A model generated the notes under the pieces. It worked only from the letters and a program-made list of their open reading frames with translations, did not search any database and was not told the origin of the DNA. From Macrostomum hystrix (Eukaryota; Animalia; Platyhelminthes): DNA of 64,000 nucleotides. The position numbers were made by a program, and so were the translations under genes. Shown one piece after another: positions 35,925 through 45,679 of this stretch (its first letter is position 1; each line of letters begins with the position of its first letter). The stretch lies in the NCBI GenBank assembly GCA_950097015.1, contig CATNEN010000025.1, positions 4,898,001-4,962,000 on the forward strand, in the 5' to 3' direction.

Positions 35925-36120
35925 CGTTCAATTTATAGGTGACCTGCACCCTCAGGCAATGGAATCAGGCCTAAGCCGAGACTGGATCAAGTTCGCGGGA
36001 TTGGCTCGGATAATCATAGGGTTTTTCAAGTCTTTCAGCCAATCAAATCTCACGATTGAGAGAGAGAGAGTGGTTCCACCCGTTGTACTTATCCCGCCAC
36101 CCCAATTTCTCACCCCTTTG
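35925..36120 (-). promoter_or_regulatory. Promoter of the 260-aa secreted gene
   Basis: caatttata 35929-35937, ttggctc 36001, ttcagccaatcaaat 36034-36048, cccgccacc 36093, tttctcacccc 36106. Confidence 0.6.
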
Positions 36121-37149
36121 GCCCGCCACTCTAGCATAGAACTGGTTTAAAACAGGTTTTTTAAATCGTAGAATGTTTTCATTTCTGATTCTAGTACACA
36201 GTACAGTGGGGCGACTTGTTATTCTGACCTTTTAATTCTTCTTGTTTAAAAAAAACCTGCAGACATTACCTGCAGAGTGTAAATTTGAAGGACAAACTGA
36301 GAATGACGTAACTAATCTATCCAGTGTTATTGATGAATTGCAAAGTAATGATGCAAATGATACAAACAGTGAGAATTTTCTGAAGCAATTAATTCGAGAG
36401 ATCGAATGAAACTGTCACATGGTCTCACGCAATCAGTGACAAGGAGGATTATTACCAAATCCAATTTGACGTATCCTAATTTATTGACCAATCTATCGGT
36501 TCTAAATCTTGAACAAATCAATAATTAAAGCAGAGCACTGAAGCACTGCTCAAACACTGCTCAAACACTGGTCGAGAGTGTGACTTCTTCCTTCTATTTG
36601 CTGCTTGGTGTTGGTGTCCTCTCCTGCTCCAAAAGCTAAAATAAAAGAAGAAGACACAGCCTCTCAAAGTATAGTTGATTCATTAGTGTGCTTCTTGGCC
36701 GATAATTTCTGCTTTCACTGGGCATGGAAACAGCAGCCTAGAGTCGGACCTCGCAATGCTGCCCAATGAGGGAGCTCTGATTACGAGCGTATTGTCCGTA
36801 ATTTATAAAGCTGTCAGCACCGAGACTAATGGTCTCTTAGCTAGAAACGAAACACTTCTTCTGGGCTAACCTGCTAGGTGAGTATCCAGCACTTGTCCGC
36901 TGAGTTTAAAATAATTTTTTTACACTACTTTGAGCCTGAATATAACGTATGATAGATAGCTTTGATTCAAACTGTCAGTTCAGTTAAATCAGAAATCGCT
37001 TTGAGAGTCGGAGCTGAGATTTATTTAAATCTTAAATTTTAAAACTTTGAAATTCACAAAGCTGAGAGCGCAGCAAAAGCATAGCCTTTCTGAACTTTAG
37101 ACAGGATGACAGGATCAAAGAAGCCATTGCTCGAATCACAGCAAAAGCA

Positions 37150-37980
37150 TGTGCAGAATCGCACCAAGAGCCTGGGTCAGAATCGCACCAAGAGCCTTGG
37201 TCAGAATCGCACCAAGAGCCTGGGTCAGAATCGTACCAAGAACCTAGGCAGAATCGCACCAAGAGCCTGGGTCAGAATCGCACCAAGAGCCTGGGGCAGA
37301 ATCGCACCAAGAACCTAGGCAGAATCGCACCAAGAACCTAGGCAGAATCGCACCAAGAGCCTGGGTCAGAATCGCACCAAGAACCTGGGTCAGAATCGCA
37401 CCAAGAACCTAGGCAGAATCGCACCAAGAGCCTTGGTCAGAATCGCACCAAGAACCTAGGCAGAATCGCACCAAGAGCCTGGGTCAGAATCGCACCAAGA
37501 GCCGGGGGCAGAAACGCACCAAGAACCTAGGCAGAACCGCACCAAGAGCCGGGGGCAGAATCGCACCAAGAGCCGGGGGGCAGAATCGCACCAAGAGCCT
37601 TGGTCAGAATCGCACCAAGAGCCTGGGGCAGAATTGCATCAAGAGCCTGAGGCAGAATCGCACCAAGAACCTAGGCAGAATCACACCAAGAACCTGGGTC
37701 AGAATCGCACCAAGAACCAAGGCAGAATCGCACCAAGAGCCGGGGGCAGAATCGCACCAAGAGCCTGGGTCAGAATCGCACCAAGAACCTAGGCAGAATC
37801 GCACCAAGAGCCGGGGGCAGAATCGCACCAAGAGCCTGGGGCAGAATCGCACCAAGAGCCTTGGTCAGAATCGCACCAAGAGCCTTGGTCAGAATCGCAC
37901 CAAGAGCCTTGGTCAGAATCGCACCCAGGGATTCTCTGAGAAAGAGCCGAGAACAGAATCGCACCAGGAACCTAGAGGAA
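37150..37980. repeat. About 23-bp array (cagaatcgcaccaagagcctggg)
   Basis: Directly visible. Confidence 0.92.
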
Positions 37981-38659
37981 TCGCAGCAGGAACCTAAAGC
38001 AATCGAGAATGAGTCATAGTTTGAATCGCAGCGAGAACAAAAACAATTGACAGGAATTTGTTTTTCAAGATATTTACCTTTGCGTGGAATCGAGCGCCGG
38101 ACTAAACTAATATGCACGCAGCTAGGCCCCAGTGACATTTGCAATTATAGTTTTGAATTACCAGTATTTTCTCATCAATTTAGAATTGTGTTTATTCAGG
38201 GCCTAAAACTTATGGCAAAATTAATCATCTCTGAAGTGGCACTTTGTGTTATTGAATTTCTGCAAACGGTGTAGCCAAAATTTCCATACTTTGTATTCGT
38301 AATGCACGACCGGTTGCTGTTAGAATTGTTTTCTCTCCCTATCCGCATAGCAACATCCGTATTTTCTTATTTAATACGCTTACCTTCCGTAAGGATCCAT
38401 TAGGTGTGAAAGCCCTGCAAAGTTGCTGTACTAATGGACAATGGACTTAGAAAAGGATTCTAGTTTTGCTTAAAACATAGAGCTATTTTAGTGACTTTTT
38501 ATGTAAGAAAGCTTTCAATTAGTTTTAAGTTTAAGAACTAATTTAAGTTTAGCCTAATGTTTAAACGTCGGTGATTCGACGCGATTAAAATTTTTGACTA
38601 TTAAAACAATTTGAGACATTTAGCAAGACTCTGCAGTGGTTCAGTTCACTCCGCTGTTA

Positions 38660-38890
38660 AACACACCTCAGATACCGAGCGCAGGCACACGCTCACACAG
38701 GTGTGTACATCTACCCTGACTTTCTCATCGTCAGGCAGTGTACACTCTCACTGGGCCTTGGAGGTTGGCCCTCAAGGGCGTAAATTGTACGACAAGCCCC
38801 CAAGCCTTCTTTCCGCGACTGCGCCCAAGATGAATCGAGTTCAGGGACCTTGGTGCGAGAGGCGAGCACGTTAGACCGCTCTGCCACTCA
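38660..38890 (-). mobile_element. tRNA-derived SINE family 2 with head
   Basis: Reverse complement gtggcagagcggtctaacgtgct...ctcgattc head followed by a body (gatgagaaagtcagggtagatgtacacacc) shared with 29085-29350, 24360-24490 and 51100-51325. Confidence 0.7.
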
Positions 38891-39717
38891 CCCCCCACGA
38901 CTACTTCCCATTGATATTGATACTGATACTACTGATACAATTTTTAACAGTAGGACTACCAAGCCATTTTTCTGCCCGTTTTTATACCAAAGGGAGTGAA
39001 TTCCGCCCTGAAATCTTTTTTGGCAGCGCCCGAATGCTAACAGCGTTGGGTGGTGACTGATTGTTTAACAGACTAGACGATGCTGTCCTGTGGTTGAGCT
39101 GCGCCTAATATTTAGGCTTGATCAGGGAATTTGGAGAAATTCGCGTCAGGGTGTCCATAGTGACCTATTTCCACCTTTTATAGCCCTTGAAGGTCCAGCA
39201 GTCCGTCTAGATAAAGGTAGGTGACCACCGAAGACCAAGATGATTCAGACACATTCGGGTGACATGCTGATAAATTTTGAAGGCCTGGCAAGGCCGCACT
39301 GAGGCGCAGTGCTAATTCGTGTATGGGAGTGTATGAAATACACTAAGTGCTTGTGGGAAAAATCCGACCTTCGACCAGAACCATTGAATATCTCGACGTT
39401 TTTCTGTTTCAGAAGATGCGCAACAAAAATTTGGCTCGTGTACTTGAGTTTCGTGTGCTTGTGTTGCTCCGTTCAGGGCCAGCATAAAAAATTGTCAGGA
39501 GGGAGAAATTCCCCGCCCCTTCTAGTTCGTTTGGCCATTCTGGCTACTTCGCTGACTCCTGGATACACACGCACACAGTTACCATAGACAGGCACACAGT
39601 CGCCATGATTGTACTTTCTAATCGTCAGTCAGTGTGCACTCGCACTGTACTTAGGGGTTTGCTCTCATGGGCATCAGTTGAGAACTCCAAAATGAAGTGG
39701 AATCGAGCTCAGGGACT

Positions 39718-40028
39718 CATGTTGGTGCTTAGGTTGGTGCTCAGGTTGGTGCTCAGGTTGGTGCTCAGGTTGGTGCTCAGGTTGGTGCTTAGGTTGGTGC
39801 TCAGGTTGGTGCTCAGGTTGGTGCTCAGGTTGGTGCTCAGGTTGGTGCTCAGGTTGGTGCTCAGGTTGGTGCTCAGGTTGGTGCTCAGGTTGGTGCTCAG
39901 GTTGGTGCTCAGGTTGGTGCTCAGGTTGGTGCTCAGGTTGGTGCTCAGGTTGGTGCTCAGGTTGGTGCTCATGTTGGTGCTCAGGTTGGTGCTCAGGTTG
40001 GTGCTCATGTTGGTGCTCAGGTTGGTGC
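39718..40028. repeat. 12-bp array (gttggtgctcag) just upstream of the channel ATG
   Basis: Directly visible. Confidence 0.95.
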
Positions 40029-40095
40029 GAGAGGCCGGCCAACTCTCACCCATACCGCTTCCCATCGGCAATCTTCTCTATGCAGCATCATCGCC

Positions 40096-40551
40096 ATGCC
40101 TAGCGCTGTCCTGCTCGCCGTAATCGCGGCCGCGTCTTCTCTGACGCCAATGGCCTCAGCCAGTCTTGCGGACGCCTCGAATATTCTGGACGGACTGCTG
40201 AGCAGCTACGACAGGCGCATCAGGCCGCAGCTGGGCTCCGGGCAGCCCCTGGAGATCAGCATCAGCGTCAACATTCGCAGCATGGGCCCAGTGTCCGACA
40301 AGGACATGACCATCTCGCTAGACTGCTACTTTCGTCAGATGTGGACCGACTACCGGCTGGCTTTCAGTCGCAACGGCACCGGCTTCGAGTCCTTCCAGTT
40401 GAACGAGAAATTCCTGCATGAAATCTGGCGGCCGGACACGTTCTTTCTAAATGGACACGCCTCTTACCTGCACAATATCACATCGCCCAATGTTCTGATA
40501 CGGATCAAGCACACTGGAGAGATTCTTTACTCAATGCGGCTTACAATCAAG
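40096..40551 (+). CDS. Cys-loop ligand-gated ion channel, GRD/GABA-A alpha-like subunit, exon 1
   Basis: gccATG, signal peptide, then LDGLLSSYDRRIRP, CYFRQMW (loop D), IWRPDTFFLNG (loop A), ILYSMRLTIK. Donor aag|GTGCAC. Confidence 0.92.
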
Positions 40552-40783
40552 GTGCACAGCTTCTTGTATACTGATTCCTTTTGTAAGGCCTTTTGCGTTA
40601 GGCATCGTTTCTAGAACGTTTTTGTTACATTTTTGCCTTTTTGTGTAGTCTGTCTTGTACACATCAGGCTAGAAAATTGTCTTCAATGGTCATTAACATT
40701 ATTCTCTCAATGTCGGACAGAGTGCACACTCGCTGTGTCCAGCGGGTTGGCCCCCTAAACAAGATTGCCAAATCACTCCGCAG

Positions 40784-41097
40784 GCCCGCTGCCCGATGGA
40801 CTTTCGTCACTACCCGATGGACACCCAGCGCTGCCCGCTGCGCATCGGCAGCCACGGCTATTCGCTGGCTGACGTTCGGTACACATGGCGGCCAGGCCGG
40901 AGTCACATAGAGACGGCTGCAAGCCTGATGATGGCCCAGTTCGACCTAGTCGCTTCGCCTGTCGCCTACGGACAGCAGAGTCTGGCTCGGCGCGGTCCGC
41001 ACTCGGTGCTGGCCGTTGACTTTGTGCTCAAACGGCACGTTGGCTACTTTTTGATTCAGTTGTACTTTCCTTGCGCACTGCTTGTGGTGCTGTCCTG
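40784..41097 (+). CDS. Cys-loop channel exon 2 (Cys loop to M1)
   Basis: ARCPMDFRHYPMDTQRCPLRIGS (Cys loop)...LKRHVGYFLIQLYFPCALLVVLSW. Acceptor ccgcAG, donor GTGAGT, phase 2. Confidence 0.93.
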
Positions 41098-41530
41098 GTG
41101 AGTCCTGCATCAATAGCGCAGTGGTTCCAGTCCATGGACTGAACAGCTGTAGCAAGCGCCGAGCAATGTGCCACTGCTTTTCTCCCCTGGGGAAAGAGCT
41201 CGGGGTGTATTTAAAAAACCCACTGCCCACTTCATGATAGCTCCCAAATCGAATGACCGATTTTCATTCTTTCCTCCATAGACAATATTAATAGCCGACA
41301 TAGCTGCCTGATGAAATTCTGGGAGCAGAAAATTTATGCCTACATTGCTGGTTTTTGCCACCAGACACCCCGACGAGAATCGTTGAATATCTCGACGATG
41401 CCGATGCTTTGTGATTCTGGAAGTTGTTGTTCGGATAGAAAGAAAAGTTTGAAATACCCCATTGTCTTTTGTAGGCCGTACTCTGGCCAGCAGCTGATCA
41501 CTGTCTTATAATTTGCTTCCGATCTGTCAG

Positions 41531-42137
41531 GGTGAGCTTCTGGTTGAACCGAGAGGCCACAGCGGACCGGGTGGCCCTGGGCATCATGACAGTGCTCAGC
41601 ATGGCCTTCCTGTTCATGGACTGCCGCTCCGACCTGCCGAGGGTTGGCTACTCCACCGCTCTGGACTGGTACGTGGCTCTCTGCTTCGCGTTCGTGCTGT
41701 GCACCCTGCTACAGTTTGCCGCGGTGCACCACTTCACCAAGCACGGCTCAGGCGAGGCCTACCTCACCTTCTTGAACTCGGAGCAAGGCACCGGCAGCAG
41801 CAGCAGCGACAATGAAGACGAGGATCGGCCCAGCGCCGCGAGCAACGCTGTCAATTTGAGGCTGTCACCGATGGAGATTCGGCGAATCCGACGGCGCAGA
41901 CATCTTGGCCGATGCCTGGACGATGTGGCGAGCTGCCTGCGGGGCAGTCGGCGCTGGCGCCGCACCAGTCGCAGCGCTCCGCCGGCTGCCTGGCGCAACT
42001 CCGTCAGCAAAGTGGACCGCGCCTCGCGCCTCCTGTTCCCTCTGGCCTTCGGGCTGCTCAACTGCGCTTATTGGGTGTTCTACCTGCGCAGCTACTGGGC
42101 TGAGACGAGCAGCAGCGTAGCGCTGGATGAGTTCTGA
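41531..42137 (+). CDS. Cys-loop channel exon 3 (M2-M4). The full join gives about 458 aa
   Basis: VSFWLNREATADRVALGIMTVL...DLPRVGYSTALD...LQFAAVHHFTKHGSGE closely follows Drosophila GRD M2-M3. M4 SKVDRASRLLFPLAF...YWVFYL. Confidence 0.93.
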
Positions 42138-42329
42138 CCGCAGTGTGTGCGCTACAGTCTAAGCTTTCTACTCATAGTAACATAATAGCGTATTTTCTCT
42201 GCTAATGACGAAGTATTGCAATGTCTGCAAATACAAATTCATAATCTACAAGAAGTATGCCAGAATTCTAGTAGATGAAACAATCTTATTTATATCTTCC
42301 ATTTCACAATTGCTGTCATTCGTCAATGT

Positions 42330-42855
42330 CGCAAGTCGTCGATTTCCCAGATCGTCGATTTCCCAAGTCATCGATTTCCCAAGTCATTGACTTCCTAAGT
42401 CATCGATCTGGGAAATCGACGACCTAAGAAATCGATGACTTAGGAAATCGACGATCTGACAAATCGATGAAATAGGAAATCCACGATCTAGGAAATCGAT
42501 GACTTTGGAAATCGACGTGGGAATTCCCAGATCGTCGATTTCCCAAGTCATCGATTTCCCAAGTCATTGATTTCCTAAGTCATCGATCTGGGAAATCGAC
42601 GACCTAGGAAATCGACGACTTGGGAAATATATGTCTTGGGAAATCGACGATCTGACAAATCGACAAAATAGGAAATCCACGATATGGGAAATCGATGAAA
42701 TAGGAAATCCACGATCTGGGAAATCGATGACTTTGGAAATCGACGTGGGAATTCCCGGATCGTCGATTTCCCAAGTCGTCGATTTCCTAAGTCGTCGATT
42801 TCCTAAGTCGTCGATTTCCTAAGTCGTCGATTTCGCAGATCATAGATTTCCCATG
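42330..42855. repeat. Foldback-like array of 16-bp units in alternating orientation
   Basis: tcgatttcccaag blocks alternate with cttgggaaatcga blocks; switch points include GGGAATTCCC. Confidence 0.85.
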
Positions 42856-43251
42856 AACTACTAAGGTAGACAATTAATCAAAATACATTACGCTATACAA
42901 CCAAGAGATAGACTCGGAGAGTGAACAGTAGACAAACGGAGGACGAAGAGCCATTGAGAAATGAGAAACAGTGCGGGCTGCAGCAGCATTGCGAGCAATC
43001 TCGTGTCTCTATGACAATAAATTAATATTGTACCCGCATTCGCCCGCAGTGCAGCACCCCATGCAATTTCTCTATCCCAATCCAAAAAAGCATTCTCAGT
43101 CAACGGCACTTCAAGTCTATTCGGCCCAATCAATGATGAAAATGGTTAGCTAGCTCCCCATAGTCTAGCTATATAATTGAATCGAAAATGATATTTTTGA
43201 ACCGAGAACCGTTGCTGATGCGACTAGCTTAGGCAGTGGAAGAGATTTGAA

Positions 43252-43383
43252 ATGCAGTCCTCGCTGCAGCAGCCTGCCCTGTCTGTGGACGGCAGCAAGG
43301 CAAGCGTTAGGTCCGATGAAGTCATGGAGATGCTGCGAAACGGCATGACCCTGGCTGAAATCATCATTCTTTATAGAAAACGG
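43252..43383 (+). CDS. Orphan coiled-coil protein, putative upstream exon (true start uncertain)
   Basis: MQSSLQ...EMLRNGMTLAEIIILYRKR then GTAAGT, phase 0. Confidence 0.4.
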
Positions 43384-43384
43384 G

Positions 43385-44006
43385 TAAGTCGTAGATTCTC
43401 CCAAGTCGTATATTCTCCCAAGTCGTATATTCTCCCAAGTCGTATATTCTCCCAAGTCGTATATTCTCCCAAGTGGTAGATTCTCCCAAGTCGAAGATTC
43501 TCCCAAGTGGTAGATTCTCCCAAGTCGTATATTCTCCCAAGTCGTAGATTCTCCCAAGTCGAAGATTCTCCCAAGTCGTAGATTCTCCTAAGTGGTAGAT
43601 TCTCCCAAGTCGTAGATTCTCCAAAATCGTAGATTCTCCCAAGTCGTAGATTCTCCCAAGTCGTATATTCTCCCAAGTCGTATATTCTCCCAAGTGGTAG
43701 ATTCTCCCAAGTCGAAGATTCTCCCAAGTGGTAGATTCTCCCAAGTCGTATATTCTCCCAAGTCGTAGATTCTCCCAAGTCGAAGATTCTCCCAAGTCGT
43801 AGATTCTCCTAAGTGGTAGATTCTCCCAAGTCGTAGATTCTCCAAAATCGTAGATTCTCCCAAGTCGTAGATTCTCCCAAGTCGTAGATTCTCCCAAGTC
43901 GTAGATTCTCCAAAATCGTAGATTCTCCCAAGTCGTAGATTCTCCCAAGTCGAAGATTCTCCCAAGTGGTAGATTCTCCCAAGTCGAAGATTCTCCCAAG
44001 TCGTAG
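43385..44006. repeat. 17-bp array (gtcgtagattctcccaa) forming a whole putative intron
   Basis: Directly visible. Confidence 0.93.
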
Positions 44007-44686
44007 ATTCTAGTCATCGAGCAATGTGCCCTGCAGTTGGCGAATGCCAAGGCCCGTGTGGCTGCAGCCGTGCAAGAAGACGAGCTGCGAGCAGCCGAAG
44101 CCGAGCTGCAGAAGCAGCTGGCGGCGGAGAAGCGCCTGAAGGAGTCTGTCGCGGCGGAAGCTGAAGCGAAGCGGCAGCGGCGGCTGATTGAGGAGCAGCA
44201 GCAGGAGCAGCAGAAGAAGCTTCGATCGATGACAGCACAGCAGGAGGAAGAGCTAAGGCTTAAGCAACAGGAAGAGCTAAGGCTGAAGCAACAGGAAGAG
44301 CTAAGGCTGAAGCAACAGGAAGAGCTAAGGCTGAAGCAACAGGAAGAGCTAAGGCTGAAGCAACAGGAAGAGCTAAGGCTGAAGCAACAGGAAGAGCTAA
44401 GGCTTAAGCAACAGGAAGAGCTAAGGCTTAAGCAGCAGGAAGAGCTAAGGCTTAAGCAGCAGGAAGAGCTAAGGCTTAAGCAACAGGAAGAGCTAAGGCT
44501 TAAGCAGCAGGAAGAGCTAAGGCTGAAGCAACAGGAAGAGCTAAGGCTTAAGCAGCAGGAAGAGCTAAGGCTGAAGCAACAGGAAGAGCTAAGGCTTAAG
44601 CAGCAGGAAGAGGTGTGGAACAAACAACAAGAAGAACTGCGCCTGAAGCAACAGAAAAAGAAGCTACACGAATCTAGTTCGAAAAA
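44007..44686 (+). CDS. Orphan coiled-coil protein exon with in-frame LRLKQQEE repeat
   Basis: GC-rich E/Q/K/A helical ORF. The 24-bp repeat keeps frame and varies only at synonymous positions (ctt/ctg, caa/cag). Donor aa|GTAAGC, phase 2. Confidence 0.55.
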
Positions 44687-44803
44687 GTAAGCAAAAACGG
44701 TTTGCAAATGCGTAGTTTATCGAATACTAAGAACCAAAGGGTGAGGGTACTTTAAGGACTCCTGGAATTTTCTCGCCCGTCCCGTGTCATCCAATCCCAC
44801 CAG

Positions 44804-45650
44804 GCCAGCCGCGGAGTCCGCAGCGACGGCGAGCTCCGCGGAGCAGGAGCGTCGGATTGGCGGCTGGCTGGATCGCGTGAAGGACCCCAGCGAGTTGGAC
44901 AGCTGGATGCGGCAGACGGAACAGCCGGACAGCCTGCAGCGGTGGTTGGACAGCCTGGAGCGACTCTCGCCGGAGCTGGACGCCGAGGTGGCTTGCAGGA
45001 ACGCCGACGCTGGCAAGGCCAATCAATCTAAGGTGCAGCAGCAGCAGCAGCAGCAGCTTAACAAACAGAAAGAAGAACAAAGAAAAACAGAAGCTAATGG
45101 TTTAAAGAGGCAGCAGCAGCAGCAGCGAGAAAGGGCTCAGCAGTTGAAATTGAAGCGGGATCAGCAGAAACAGCAGCAGCAGCTGAGAATTCAGCAGGCG
45201 AAACAGCAGCGCCTGCAGCGGGAGCAGAGGGCCAAGGAGGCCAGGGACAAACGGCCTTGGAACAGACGCGGCCAGGCGAAGCTGAGACTTGGCGAAGTGA
45301 AGCGTCAGGGAGGTGCGCCGCGCGGAGGCCGCCAAGAGGCCGCCCAGGCGGTCAGTGTTCCCGGCTGGAGCATCGGGCCCAGCCAGGAGCTGGCTCTGAT
45401 TGACTCGCTCGCCAGCCGGCTGACGGCGATGATGAGCGCCGATTTGTCGCAGATCATGCTGGCCGGCTCCGAGCTGCACCGGGACGCCGACTCGCAGCGA
45501 CTGCTGGACGGCATCCAGGAGGCCAAGTTCCAGCGGCGCCTCGACGCGTTCGTCTCTGGCGGCGTTGGCAGAGGCGGCGGCGGCGTCGACAATGGTGACA
45601 ACGACTTTGGCTTTTATCAAGCCTGCGTCCGGCTGGCAAACCGCCTGTGA
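44804..45650 (+). CDS. Orphan coiled-coil protein terminal exon
   Basis: Acceptor cccaccAG in phase 2 matches the previous donor. Long GC-rich ORF (WLDRVKDPSELDSW...FYQACVRLANRL*) with host-like codon usage. Confidence 0.65.
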
Positions 45651-45679
45651 CCCCATGGCCTGGGGCTGCGGATGAGGGT

